From Glycera tridactyla (Eukaryota): a stretch of 64,000 nucleotides of DNA. The notes beneath the pieces are model-generated. The model was not told the origin of the DNA, searched no databases, and saw only the letters and a list, made by a program, of their open reading frames with translations. The stretch covers positions 45,756,001-45,820,000 of the forward strand of contig OZ286467.1 in NCBI GenBank assembly GCA_965644265.1, written 5' to 3'. Numbering within the stretch: the stretch's first letter is position 1; each line of letters begins with the position of its first letter. A program made the translations under genes and the position numbers. This document shows, one piece after another, positions 9,977-22,654 of this stretch.

Positions 9977-11551
9977 TTTGGTATAATGGGACGCTTATGC
10001 GATGGGCACATGACAGATCATTCGAGCCACCTCCTACTGAGCCCCCGATGGAGAGTGGAAATTCATGACATTCACAGACACTCAAAGTGTGATTTCTGGA
10101 ATCGGGAATGTTGAGAGCAGTGTCACCCTGTGGGGTTGATTACCATGGACGCTACTACTATGCCAGGGATTTTCGGCCAATGTGTGAGACAGTCAACAGG
10201 TTATCACTGGAACTCCACAAGGCCAGTGATATTTTTCTCTCCCAGCCTAGACAGGCTATGCCTGAAACTATTGTTGGCTTCAGTGCGGCAAGGCTTCCAC
10301 ATCAGATCGTCTCTTTGAGAACTGCTATGCTGGGCTCCATAAAGGTGGGCTGGTCAGCTGAGAAATTGCCGGGAGGTGGCCCGCTGGAGTTGAGCTCGCC
10401 AGCACACTTCCATCTCAAGGAATGCTCACCTCATGCTTGCCATGTGAATAGATAGACATGTTCTGCTTCCATCATGTGGCAGGTAACTCCCTATCATCAC
10501 AGACTTGTTGTTTTACCTCAAGATTTATAGCTATGGGAAGTCAATGATGGTGCCATTTCCAATTATAGCCTCGGGTACTGAACATGGTGAAAGTATTTTC
10601 CAAAGAAAGCCATGATAGTGTAATTCTACCACATATTTGGGATTATTATTATTCTTTTGAGTTGTAAATGGGCTGAAAAGTTATGTGAGTGATATTGGTA
10701 GTGAAAACCAGTGAATACCCCAGTATATTTGAGGCTAAGAATCCATGAGACTCAGTCGCCTTTGTAGTGCCATCAGGGGCGAATATTGCAGTTTGAAATC
10801 AGTTGCATATGTTCTGCCACCAGTGGCAAAAATGGCAGTTTGAAATAAAGGCAGCAAAACCTGAATTGACTAAATAAATTGCACAATGTGTTTGGCCTCT
10901 TCTTCTGGGAACCACATCATCATTGATTGAACCCATGAATCATTGAAGTATGGAGGCGCAAATAACCTAACAGTAGCCGGGGTGAGGTGCGAATTGGCTT
11001 TTCTACAAGGTTGTCTTTGATGTATCCCTTAATTCGTTGCTACTATTGACTAATTGCTGTCGATTGGCTTCTCTCCATGATTGGAAGGTCGTATTTCTTT
11101 GATATGTTTTGGTGGTATTCACAATTTGCCATGTTCAATCAGCAAAATCATGGGGTCAGCTTATATGCGGGGTATGGACTAAATTGTACCCCCGGCTTGT
11201 ACGTGAGTATTTACGGTACTGTTACATCATGGTGACTACAGATCATAACATCAATCAATATCTGCGTTTATTTATGGCAGCTGTTCTCGTGGGGCCCATA
11301 GGCCTAGTTTCTCTACGGTGGCCAACAAACCCAATATGTGTTTCCCACTTATGTAGAAATCTAGGAAGCCATGAACAACGCTAGGAATGGGTGAGATATT
11401 CCATTTGTCAAAAAATAAATTCACGTCAACTCTTGAAACTTTCTGGAAATTTTCAGCCAGCACCGAGACTGCAGTTTGGCACCATCATCGATATCTGAGG
11501 AGGGGTAAAAGAAACGATCTCTGCTTCACCTATCATTTTTTTCTCTCGTAG

Positions 11552-11619
11552 TTTCTACATCTACTTTGGCATATACTCGGCCGGTATGTTCTGGACAAAG
11601 GCACAGACATTCCCTTCCA
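11552..11619 (+). CDS. Choline/ethanolamine kinase-like paralog A, penultimate exon
   Basis: Polypyrimidine-cgtag|...|gtaagt, 68 bp, phase 0/2. FLHLLWHILGRYVLDKGTDIPF(Q) corresponds to ETNK 'SHFFWGLWA'. Identical length and phase to paralog B exon 25904-25971. Confidence 0.88.
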
Positions 11620-12230
11620 GTAAGTACCTACTTCTTTTATCAGTACACGATGTGTAGTTAGTGAACAATCAGTCGGGTAGACATATGGACAGACGTGCAC
11701 AAAGATGGATGGACGAACAGACAGATAGATTGATGGACGGACAGACGGACGGACAAATGGACAGACAGATGGAGGGAGGGGTGGATGGTTGGACAGGCGG
11801 ACGGANNNNNNNNNNNNNNNNNNNNNNNNNNNNNNNNNNNNNNNNNNNNNNNNNNNNNNNNNNNNNNNNNNNNNNNNNNNNNNNNNNNNNNNNNNNNNNN
11901 NNNNNNNNNNNNNNNNNNNNNNNNNNNNNNNNNNNNNNNNNNNNNNNNNNNNNNNNNNNNNNNNNNNNNNNNNNNNNNNNNNNNNNNNNNNNNNNNNNNN
12001 NNNNNNNNNNNNNNNNNNNNNNNNNNNNNNNNNNNNNNNNNNNNNNNNNNNNNNNNNNNNNNNNNNNNNNNNNNNNNNNNNNNNNNNNNNNNNNNNNNNN
12101 NNNNNNNNNNNNNNNNNNNNNNNNNNNAGAGTACAAAAAAAGCTGTCATGTATTGACAGACCGCTGGACCACGTGACTTCCTGTCTGGACCAGCTAGTTT
12201 GATTATCATGCCATCTCGTATTTTTTCTAG

Positions 12231-12345
12231 GGTACTACCTTTATCCAAGACGGAGTATTACACAGAAAGACCACACCTGGAATCGCTCGTTGAGCATCGC
12301 CAACAGATCCAAAAGCGCATGGGAAGCTCGAAACAGAACAACTAA
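12231..12345 (+). CDS. Choline/ethanolamine kinase-like paralog A, last coding exon
   Basis: ttttttctag| acceptor, phase 2. VLPLSKTEYYTERPHLESLVEHRQQIQKRMGSSKQNN* aligns with paralog B last exon LFEVSRNGYYSLKPALPRLCEQHQQLKKKL. Confidence 0.82.
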
Positions 12346-12500
12346 ATGATCACATTTCACTCTACGGGCGGAAGAGAATCCCCGGTCTCAAATGAATATC
12401 ACATTCAAGATATACAATAACGAAAAGTACCAATACAAATTTGGAACAAACTATATCGAGAAGTTCTGAGAGAAGATCCACTTCCAAGAATACATCGTTG

Positions 12501-12540
<40 letters not shown>

Positions 12541-12639
12541 TTGTGTGTTGTGTGTGTGAGAGAGTGTGTGTGTGTGAGTAAGTGTATAACTGCTCACTGG
12601 GCTGCCCTTTTTGTGGAATGCCTCGGGGGAGTAGCCGTG

Positions 12640-12790
12640 AGAAGCACTGGCAGTGTGTTGCTGGCAGTGGGTGCATTACCCAGAGGTTGTGGGTTCAAAC
12701 CCCTTATGGAACCCAAAATTGGGCTTGGGCATTTGACACCTGTCATGGACCTGTTGCCCGTGCGTCATGTCACCGACATGAAATCAATCA
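12640..12790 (+). mobile_element. tRNA-derived SINE fragment
   Basis: Pol III box A-like segment followed by box B 'gggttcaaacccc'. No tRNA cloverleaf or CCA end; the body ends in an A-rich tail before a gap. Confidence 0.55.
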
Positions 12791-13669
12791 AAAAAGTGNN
12801 NNNNNNNNNNNNNNNNNNNNNNNNNNNNNNNNNNNNNNNNNNNNNNNNNNNNNNNNNNNNNNNNNNNNNNNNNNNNNNNNNNNNNNNNNNNNNNNNNNNN
12901 NNNNNNNNNNNNNNNNNNNNNNNNNNNNNNNNNNNNNNNNNGAATTGTGTCCATGACAGGTCATTTCTGGACTGCCTGATTTACTGGAAAAGCCTGGTGA
13001 TTGTGTAAATAGGTCAAACGTGTATCTACAAGTAATGAATACAATTGGGATGGCTAGGTTCGACGAGCTTCTCATCTTCTCAGTTATAATATATCATGTT
13101 AGGTGAAAGGATACATAGGAACCAATGATCATCAGCGTCATTTCATTTAGTCAACTGTGTGTATGAACTGTCCACCGATGCAAATGGCATATGTGAAGAT
13201 CACCTCATCAATTAAAACATGGATTGATACATGCATTTAAACCATAACCAACCAACCACCAGCAAGACTGAAGATAGTTTTTTTATCGGCTTGTCTGCCA
13301 CTTTGTTGAAATATCCCTTGATTCGTCCAAACTCGCCCATCTGCCCATAGTCGTATGTCATTGACCCTCTCACTCATGGGATTATATATCTTCACCCGAG
13401 ATTCAATCCAGGAATATCTAGGCCTGTAGGTCCCAAAGGAATGGCAGCAATACCACAGCATAACTTCAGTTTCTGAATATAAAAGTAGCCCAAAACATCA
13501 ATCTCACCAGTAAATACATAAATGATACAATTTAATTGAATGGTAACTCATACAAATATCCTAAAACTTGACATGAGAGTGGTAACTCGTCAAAAACATC
13601 TGTATCTCTGGAATTAAAGCTCATTGAAGCTCATTACACTGAACAGGCCATCTGTCTTCAATATCACTG

Positions 13670-13846
13670 CAGTGAAATATGTGATGAGGGACCACCCTAA
13701 ATGTGACCTATAAGTGGTCTCTCAAAAGAGGTGGTCACTCATCAGAGGTATATTTGACTATGTCAAAAAAAGAGCTGCCCTAAAAAAAACAGTCTTCCCT
13801 CAGAGATGGTCTATTGTCAGAGGGTCTCTTGTCACAGGTTCCACTA
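13670..13846. mobile_element. MITE (Tc1/mariner-type, CAGT..AACC termini), diverged copy
   Basis: cagtgaaa...ttccacta termini, internal 'gaggtggtc' repeats, 177 bp like the copy at 27065-27241. Confidence 0.65.
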
Positions 13847-15665
13847 TAAGACTATAATGCATAAATAGTGACCAATCATGATGGGAAACCCTAGGATTTC
13901 ACTGTATTCTCTTTCTTTTTTTCACTTTTATGTTGGTGCTAAGAGAGTCTAAAGGAGGGATTCACAGTGTGAGGACTATCAGTGCATCTAGGTCAACTGG
14001 GAGATTCACAGCCAGTGATGTGTGGATGTTTACCTACTATGCTGCCATCCCTGTTCCACCTCACAAGGTCACCACCTATAGTTAGGTCCAAAATGTGATA
14101 ACAGAGAGACAGCACATGGTTGATTGAATACTTCAGAGGTGCTGTTGTTTTGACAGACCCATCTTTTGACTGTTTATAGAAAGTGACACCTTTGAGGACT
14201 GGGAGAACTACCCTAACATTTCATATTTTGGGCCAGCTTTCATTGGCATGCCTTTTGATATGCTTGACATTGATTCTGTCGGCTCATAATGGGATGGTCT
14301 TTATTCTGTATCACATACTGTATTCATTTATGTGACAGCTCGAAGGATATGATGAAAGCCCTGTTAATGTATATCACCATGGCTATTTTATGATAATGTA
14401 TCTCATCAGCAGCAGCATGACTCTTCACACCTCTGTTGGAGGATGGATATGGTGCAAACCCCAAGTCATTGTACTCATATATCATCTCTTTCATGGCAAA
14501 TTTCCCACCTTGGAAAACTGTTTGATGCATCTATATCCATTCAGGCCTCAAACACCATCTCTCAACTGACATAAGATTTCTAAATCATAGCATTCATGAG
14601 GGGACTATCTTCTTGTGAGCACACACTGAATACACATAGTTTTTGTGGTAAGATGGCCTTGGCCGGATTCCACATTCAGGGCAAGTGCTTCGCTGAGATT
14701 GCAAAACGGTGGTGTTTGTTTATCTGGAATTGAAAGGGTCCTACCAAGTGAGGGAATGCCAGCATTTTGAACTCCATTCAGGACATGACTGAATAGATGA
14801 AAAAATATATTGTTTGATTTGGGTGGCCGAAATTGGATGTTATTTTACCAATATGCAATGATACAGAGACAAAGGTGAACAATTTTTGACATTTGTGGGC
14901 CGCCATAAGCTGACATGGGATACAGAGAGTGCATGAAACTCTCGACCACTTTACAAATATTCATTCATACAGGCAAGGTAGACCATCAAATTATCAAATG
15001 GCACGCATGTTGTTTGTTTATTGTTGATGCAAATAGAAGCTGGCATCGGATTCACATTTGGGCTATTGACTGAGATTGTTTATGGAATTTCACTCCGGTA
15101 ACACCTGGCATATTAAAGGCTTCAGCAGCACTTCCTGTGCATGCTTGTGTGTTGGTCAGTGCAGGTTAGCTGGGTCAGCGTGCTCATTTCAGTATGTACT
15201 CAGTGTTCAACTCTGTTCCAGGTTCAGATGCCTCGCACACATTCCCATAGCTCTGTACTAACTGGGCCTTACTTCCTATCCCCTATCCCAACTGTGAATG
15301 AAACTGACTGTAGGCACACAGTTGGCTGTCGCGCCTCCCCCTCCTCAAGCTCACTGGAGCTAGAGGGGTGGCTGGCAGGCAGGGAGCACCAGTCAGACTA
15401 ACGCAGGCCACCACCGCCACTGCTGGGCACAACACACGCTGTCCAACACCTGAGCAGGAACATCATCTTGTAAACACAGTACACATGGTCCCACCACATG
15501 GACTTCTATTGTACATTGTATCTCACNNNNNNNNNNNNNNNNNNNNNNNNNNNNNNNNNNNNNNNNNNNNNNNNNNNNNNNNNNNNNNNNNNNNNNNNNN
15601 NNNNNNNNNNNNNNNNNNNNNNNNNNNNNNNNNNNNNNNNNNNNNNNNNNNNNNNNNNNNNNNNN

Positions 15666-16310
15666 CCATCCACCCACCTACACCCTCACCCAGCTAACCA
15701 CCCACCTACCCACCCACCTACCCACCCAACCACCCACCCACCTACCCACTCAACTACCCACCCACCTACCGAACCACCCATCTACCTACCCACCCACCCA
15801 CCACCCACCTACCAACCCACCTACTGACCTACCCACCCACCCACCTACCTACCCTTCTGCCCACCCACCTACCCACCCACCTACCTATGCACCCACCTAC
15901 CCACCCACCTACCTACCCTTCTGCCCACCCACCTACCCACCCACCTACCTATGCACCCACCTACCCACCCACCTACCCACCAACCTACCCGCCCAGCTAC
16001 CAAGCTACCCATCCAACGACTTAACCACGCCTACCTACCCAACTACCCACCCACTTACCTACCCACCAAGCTACCCACCCACCCAACTACCTACCCACCC
16101 AACTACCGCCACACCAATCTACCTACCCACCTACCCAACCTCCTACCCACCCACCTACCTACCCACCTACCTACCCACCCACCACCCACCTACCCACCTA
16201 TATATTCACCCACCTATCTACTCACCCACCTACCTACCCACCCACCTACCCACCAACCGACACCAACCCACCTACCCACCATCCAACCCACCAACTAACC
16301 ACCCAACCAT
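15666..16310. repeat. (CCCA/CCTA)n tetranucleotide satellite with a higher-order duplication
   Basis: Continuous C-rich repeat with a near-perfect ~60-bp duplication around 15840-15960. Confidence 0.95.
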
Positions 16311-16697
16311 CAAGTTCATCCGCTTGCCGCTTTCCATTTCAGGCCTACAGGCCTAGTTTAGCCTGCTGCCGCCAATGCCTCTGTGTGATTAGCTGCATAA
16401 AGCCTGGCAGAGCCATTCTTAAAAAGATGATCATCGATTATAGTCAGATGAATTCGATTACTACCGCCGCTGTCATGTTGAATCTGTGTATGAGTATCCG
16501 GTTCGGATTCCTGTTGGGGCTGGATTCGAAATTATTACAAAATCTGTTGACCAATCAGTATGTTGACCCAGTGAATCAGCACATATCAGACATCTACGCG
16601 CCGCACCAGATAAAAACTGATAAACCACGCGAGTGCTTTATCCATTCGCCCAGTGACACAGATAAGGAGAAACAAGAGTCAAACACGACGGGACGCC

Positions 16698-16718
16698 ATG
16701 GATCACTCGAAAATCAAA
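16698..16718 (+). CDS. Choline/ethanolamine kinase-like paralog B, putative first coding exon (MDHSKIK)
   Basis: gccATGg Kozak context, strong phase-0 donor aaa|gtgagt and a CCAAT box (ccaatcag) near 16550. Spliced to the next exon it gives MDHSKIKENDLSGGFLN, in gap-free register with ETNK 'WDPQEVTLQLFTDGITN' as recalled. Tentative. Confidence 0.5.
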
Positions 16719-17480
16719 GTGAGTTGTTCATGATTCGAGCATTGAGTTATGGTTTGCGATCAAATGAAANNNNNNNNNNNNNNNNNNNNNNNNNNNNNNN
16801 NNNNNNNNNNNNNNNNNNNNNNNNNNNNNNNNNNNNNNNNNNNNNNNNNNNNNNNNNNNNNNNNNNNNNNNNNNNNNNNNNNNNNNNNNNNNNNNNNNNN
16901 NNNNNNNNGGGAAGCTCATCAAGTCCAGGCGTGACAAATGCCAAAGTGGCTAGTAATTGGCTCATTACTTTGAAGAAAGATCACATCGACTGGCGACATT
17001 CCGATGATGGCATATTGACAGGCCGGGATAGGTCACCGCCGGAAGTTGTAGAAAGCTGGTGCACGGCTCCAGATAGTGAGATCCACATAAGACTTTTCAG
17101 AGGACCAGTAGAACGTCGGTAATGACATGGACTCACCATAGAAGGACGATTTGATTAAGTGGTAGGCACTGATGCCTGGATTGGGTTATCATAAGGTTGG
17201 GCATGGTCTGGGAGTAAGGCACAGTATTTTCTCCCGAGTTCATTGGTCAGTATAGCAGTATTATTATCATTATGATACACACACACGCACGCACGGACTG
17301 AGGATTCTCAGCCAATCGCCAGAGGTAGTAATAATCGTTCGCCAGGTGGCATGACTTAAAAGCTTATATCGAGCACATTCTGCTTCGACTGGAATCGTTA
17401 CAGTCAAACAGGCGCAAGGACAATACAATACAATACAATACAATACAAGACAATACAAGACAATATAAGACAATACAATA

Positions 17481-17957
17481 AATCAAACCTTCTTCATGAA
17501 AAATATTTTCATCCACTCTCCCGTCGGGAGAGCAGACTGGAAAAATCACTCTCCCGAAAAAATCACCCTCCCGAATTTGTTTAAAGAGTGCAAGGGAAAC
17601 AAACTCAAAGTAGGCTATCTTGAGAGTAAGATATTTGTGTGAGTAAATGCCTTATCATGACATGAACTCCAACTCATCCATCATTTGACTGACTGTATAA
17701 GTAAGGCCAATGCACGTTTTGCTCAGGTTCGTTCTTCAGAATCATTTACGTGCACATGAAGTCATCCTGCAGGGAATAGGGTTTTTTGTTGTAGGAGTCA
17801 AAACCGTGTTGTTCTGTCTTCACAAAAAAATCGTAGCTTTCTGATCAACTGAGAAATGTACACCCTCCCATCGGGAGAGTCAGTTTGGTCTTTTCACTCT
17901 GCCGAAACGGAATTCACTCTCCCCCGGATTCGGGAGAGTGGTTAAATTGAAAGACTG
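17481..17957. mobile_element. Probable non-autonomous DNA transposon with ctctcccg/cgggagag subterminal repeats
   Basis: Clusters of 'cactctcccg' and palindromes 'ctctcccgtcgggagag' at both ends, in inverted arrangement. Confidence 0.45.
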
Positions 17958-19266
17958 ATGATACATGCGATTACTTCACTTGCCTGGCAATTCTGGGTTA
18001 AATACAAAGATCGAACACAGAAATACATAGACAATTCATTCCGACAAGAAATATCATTGTCCCCAGTATTCATTCCTGCAAAAATATCAATGTCCCAAGT
18101 GATAAGTGTTCATTCCTGCAAAACTTCTCAATTACGATGGCAGTCTTTTATTTTCTACTTGCGAGGTACTTCACGAGCCATTGGATCCTCTCAAGACTCA
18201 CCTCACTAATTCACAAGCATTCCATGAAAATGACCAAGTATATCAAAAGCTTCTCAGATGTTGAAGGATCGTTTTCCATTTCAGATCTTGGACTTGGAGA
18301 TTTCCCGAGAGGATGTACATGCCGATACGAAGTCACGCCTTCTTGCTGTGCTGCGGCCTGATTGGCCACAGAAGGATATCACATACTCGGTAAATCAATC
18401 AAGCTCCGTTATTGAATGAGGTCATATCTGCATTGTGTATACTCAATCATGCTCTTCATCACAGACTGGAAGCGAAATACAGGGATGTGATGTTTCCAGG
18501 GATTTCCGTGTTTTTGCACATGACAGCAAAAAACATTCTTTGCCGATTATTTTGGCTTTTAGATCATGAAAATCGGCCAGTATTAGTGGAGATAGAGCAC
18601 AATGTTTGTATGGAGCTCTAGTAGCCTTCAGTCACCAGTTGTTTGGGTTTGTTGATCGACAAAATCTCGGTATAAGTGCTTCCGGTCAGGTTCTCAGTGT
18701 TTTTGGTTGTGAGCCAATCACATCCCTCGAAATAGATCCCATGGGTGAATTTGCATTACAGAAGACCAATGGGGTAACTAAAATTCTTTGAGAATTTTTG
18801 TAACTCAGGACCAGAGAAAAGTGGACAATAGTCAATCACATTTCGTATTTCCACGGGTGGCTGAATGAGGGAAACAAGATTCACATGTTCCAGATCTTCC
18901 AATTCCTGATAATATCAGACTATCAGGTTTATCTTCTTCTGGATATTACGCCATATTCATACATTGGTACAATCGATATGAATACGACAGCTACCATCCC
19001 TAGTTGAAGACATTTCGTTATCAAGTCACTGTCTATTTGTAGCCCCGATCCTCATCAACATTCGATGTGAGAACGTAGAGTAGCAAACTTCAAAGCTCCC
19101 TCTTTACTCAGTGTGATCGAATGCAAATTGCATAACATTCCACCTAAGCTTCGGGTAGCATACTATAACGAAAGCTCATATATTACCGTCTTACAGTACT
19201 TGAGAAGCCGACCATTTGGCCGTCTTCTCGGTATACTGAATATGTTGTTACCTTCTCGCACACTAG

Positions 19267-19419
19267 GAGAATGATCTGTCTGGCGGTTTTCTGAATATTA
19301 TGACGTGCTACCACCTAGTGAGTGATCCGGGCAAAGAGGACGCGGTGGTGGTGCGTGTCTATGGCGGGAAGGCCGACGAGAAGACGTTTCTACACGACCA
19401 GGAGATCTTGACCATGCAG
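19267..19419 (+). CDS. Choline/ethanolamine kinase-like paralog B, exon 2 (N-lobe, ATP-binding loop)
   Basis: cactag|...cag|gtacct, 153 bp, phase 0/0. ENDLSGGFLNIMTCYHLVSDPGKEDAVVVRVYGGKADEKTFLHDQEILTMQ matches 'DGITNKLIGCY...DVVLVRIYG...DRDEEV'. Confidence 0.92.
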
Positions 19420-20219
19420 GTACCTACGAATATACATTGACAGCAATTCGGTGAGTTGCCTACTGGTTAGAGTGGCAACTAGTGGATATAATAGTTCCCT
19501 TTCCTGTGCTGGATGACTGATACAATAATTTATCGAGAGCTATGGCACAGATTGGCATGGCCTTTCAATACTGGTAGATGTTTTGTTTTGTTTCGAGGCA
19601 TAACACTCGAGGTTAAGTGAGGTGTGCAAACTCTCTGGTTCTTCTGTGCACGTCTCAGATTGATAGATACCAGAAATAGCATGTTTAATTTCCGTGAATT
19701 CCATACAGTCATTTTCGCCTGTCGTTGGGGGAAATATTGAATGATGCCCAATGACATGAGCGTCTCGATATAGCTCAGATGGTGCCCGTGGGATGTGGAA
19801 CAAGCAAAGCGTCAACCAAATCAGACTGGTAACCATTGTGACCACTTGGCCTGCCCCGTGCCCAGATCTATGTGTTCTGTTCTTTTGACACGTCGCCTGC
19901 TACGTGTCAAAATAACTGGTTAGAGCCTCTGTACTCTACCACTCGACCTTACCAGACTCACCTAACCCAGGCGCGAATTATAACAGGAATTTAGAGCACA
20001 TCACTCATGCAGTCAACTCAGTGGGCTATATTCCCCAGCGGCCAGGGTAAGGATAAATTTGCACATCCGGGTATTTCATGTATGAAGTATGACTTCCTTC
20101 GATGAACTGCTAAAGGCTGATCCCTCCAATGTCCATTGCATGGGCAACACACTCCTTCCATCCACAGCCCTTATCCACCTTCACGACATCTTTCTCCTTA
20201 AAGAAAACTTGTTTCACAG

Positions 20220-20341
20220 GTAGCGCATGCGGCTGGGGTGTTTCCTGGGGTGTGGGCGTTCTTTCAGAACGGTGTCGTGTATCAGTACGCGGTGGGCAAA
20301 ACTCTGCAAGCACCAGACCTGCATCAGCCGCACATTTACCA
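20220..20341 (+). CDS. Choline/ethanolamine kinase-like paralog B, exon 3
   Basis: tttcacag|...ca|gtgagt, 122 bp, phase 0/2. VAHAAGVFPGVWAFFQNGVVYQYAVGKTLQAPDLHQPHIY matches 'VLQAHGCAPQLYCTFNNGLCYEFIQGEAL'. Confidence 0.92.
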
Positions 20342-20529
20342 GTGAGTTTCTCTCTCCTTTACCAAACCACTCAAAGACAAGGTCAATGCCAACTTGCCTT
20401 CAATGCGTATCAACGATTGAGCTATGCCAAGAGATGTAACTTTATTCATATTCCAAAGGCTTCAAAAGTATTGTCCGCGCAGATTTGTATCAGGGGCACA
20501 TTTCCTCCCACAAATACATATTCTGTTTC

Positions 20530-22077
20530 ACCCATTCTGTCGGAGCTGAGGCTCCTCAAATCACTACATGTTTGAGGACAAAGATGCTTCCAGGATTATA
20601 TGTGACCTTGTCAATAAGCTCGAGACATAAGTAGAACCACAGTATTTCACAGAATAGGTAGCATGCAGCTGAACAGATCAGAAACCGCTCTTTAAGGTGA
20701 TCAACACATTATTGCACAGCAAAGATGTTGCAAAACAGCCATCACATGGGATGAAGATCTGGCAAATAGATCCGGTGAATTCTACATTGATAGGATAAAT
20801 AAAATTCAAAACATAAAGAAGAAATATTATCATCTGCAGAATGAATTTGATTCAGGGAGAAACACAGTAGCACATCAATGACTTTGAGAAACCATCCACC
20901 AAAGATATCATCAAACTGGTACAGTCTGCACCATGTGAAAACTCTGACCTGGATTTTGAGAGAGTAGGTTCAGCATCTGTGCCATGTAATCACACACATT
21001 ATTCACACTTCTTTTACCTCTGGCATTGTCCCTGCATACTTCAAAGAGGCACTATTAATGCCACTCCTGAAAAAGCCCAACTTTGAGGTGTTGAACACCT
21101 TTTGACCATTTTCAAATCTTGATTTCATTTCAAAGGTACTTGAAAAGGTGGTAGCCTCAAAACTTGTTTCTCACATGGTGAAGAATTATCTTGGTGAAGC
21201 AATCCAGCCGGATTATAGAAAACAACATTCAACTGAGATTGCACTGGTAAAAGTGCACAATGACAGCACAATCACACTGGACCAACAGAGGTCAGTCATC
21301 TCAGTGTCACTTGATCTATCAGCTGCTCTTGATAAAGTTGATCATGATACTCTTCATACTAGACTTAAGACAAGGATAGGTCTGGGAAGTACAGTACTGA
21401 AATGGTTTCATTCTTATCTCAATGGTCAGATGCAATCAGTAGTCATGATTGGTATAAGATTGAGCTGTGGTGTTCAGTTCTTGGCCCATTCCTTTTCACC
21501 ATCTACATGTTGCCTCTTGGTGATATTCTCCATATGTATGGATCATCATTCCAACTATATGCAGATACAAATTCATGTATCATTTGATATGAGACAACAT
21601 GACTCTTTGCTGGTATAAAAAACATCATGGGAGAAGTGTATAGAAGAAATCAGGTCTTAGTTGAGATCAAACAAATCGAAAATGAATTACTTGTCATCCA
21701 ACCAAACAAATAGAGAAAGATAGAATTGTCTATTATCAAGATTGGGGATGCACTCAGTGTTCTGTCTGGGCAGAAACTTTGGAATTACATGTGATGATAG
21801 TATGACCATGGATGAGCAAATAACAATGGCCTGCTAAGCGGCAAACATCCAGAGCCATGAAATAGGATGTATCTGTAAATACCTATCCTATGGAGCCTAA
21901 AGAACAGTTGTGTATTCACTTATTTGAAAATGGCAATGCTTTGTTCTCGTTGGACTGCCTAAAAATAAAATTTAAAAAGCTGCAACATGCCTCCAATGCA
22001 GCAGCTTGTGTGGTAAACTCTGCCAAGAAGCAGGATTCAATTCAATTCAAATATTATTATTATTATTATTATTATTA

Positions 22078-22108
<31 letters not shown>

Positions 22109-22280
22109 CATTATTATTTTCTGGATTCAGTGTCATAGATATCATGAACTACTCTTCTGACCTGCCATAAATCATCAGGTCAGTCTAGTCGGCATGAATT
22201 CCTCATACATCTAAATTCACTTTAACCTTTTTTGTTCAGAATGACTTGTAATCTCAAAGCTAAGATGTGCTAATGATAAT
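20530..22280 (+). mobile_element. L2/Crack-clade non-LTR RT remnant in intron 3 of paralog B
   Basis: HSTEIALVKVHND...LDLSAALDKVDHDTLHTRLKTRIGLGSTVLKWFHSYL; later 'LGPFLFTIYMLPLG' and 'LYADT'; many stops. Confidence 0.85.
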
Positions 22281-22374
22281 AAGTTTACACGGCCATTGTA
22301 AACCTAATCTATTGCTGATTATCACCCACGATTCCGGTGAGACTAATTACTTTCTTTCCTTCTTTACCCCACAG

Positions 22375-22545
22375 GTCAATTGCCCGTTCTTTAGCAGATC
22401 TCCACATGGCTGATTTGAGGAGACCTTTGGTGGACAGATGTGGTAAAGAGGCGAGATTTCCTCGAGAGTTCGTGATGATTCCACGCATGTACAACTTCCT
22501 AACGGAACTGGACAGTACATTACCGGACTCCAAACTCAGCATTCA
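22375..22545 (+). CDS. Choline/ethanolamine kinase-like paralog B, exon 4
   Basis: ccccacag|...ca|gtgggt, 171 bp, phase 2/2. SIARSLADLHMADLRRPLVDRCGKEARFPREFVMIPRMYNFLTELDSTLPDSKLSI matches 'IARQLAKIHA...MGKYF'. Confidence 0.9.
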
Positions 22546-22600
22546 GTGGGTAACATCGCTGAGAGAGAGAGAGAGGGGGGAGAGAGTGAAAGAGAGAGAG

Positions 22601-22654
<54 letters not shown>

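Larger units (their letters stand above)
2736..9986 (-). mobile_element. DIRS1-type tyrosine recombinase retrotransposon, full length (~7.25 kb), ORFs disrupted
   Basis: gag, RT/RNaseH/MT and YR ORFs on the minus strand. Imperfect ITRs at 9925-9976 and 2789-2841, 3' extension at 2736-2788, and an internal complementary region at 2938-3060 complementary to both termini. No LTR-type target-site duplication is evident. Confidence 0.95.

Noticed and set aside
10108-10455. 115-aa ORF just beyond the DIRS left end
   Set aside because: It lies in the host intron outside the element termini and has no recognisable motifs or splice support.
12640-12720. Possible tRNA gene
   Set aside because: Only box A/B-like motifs are present with no cloverleaf, so it is treated as a SINE head.
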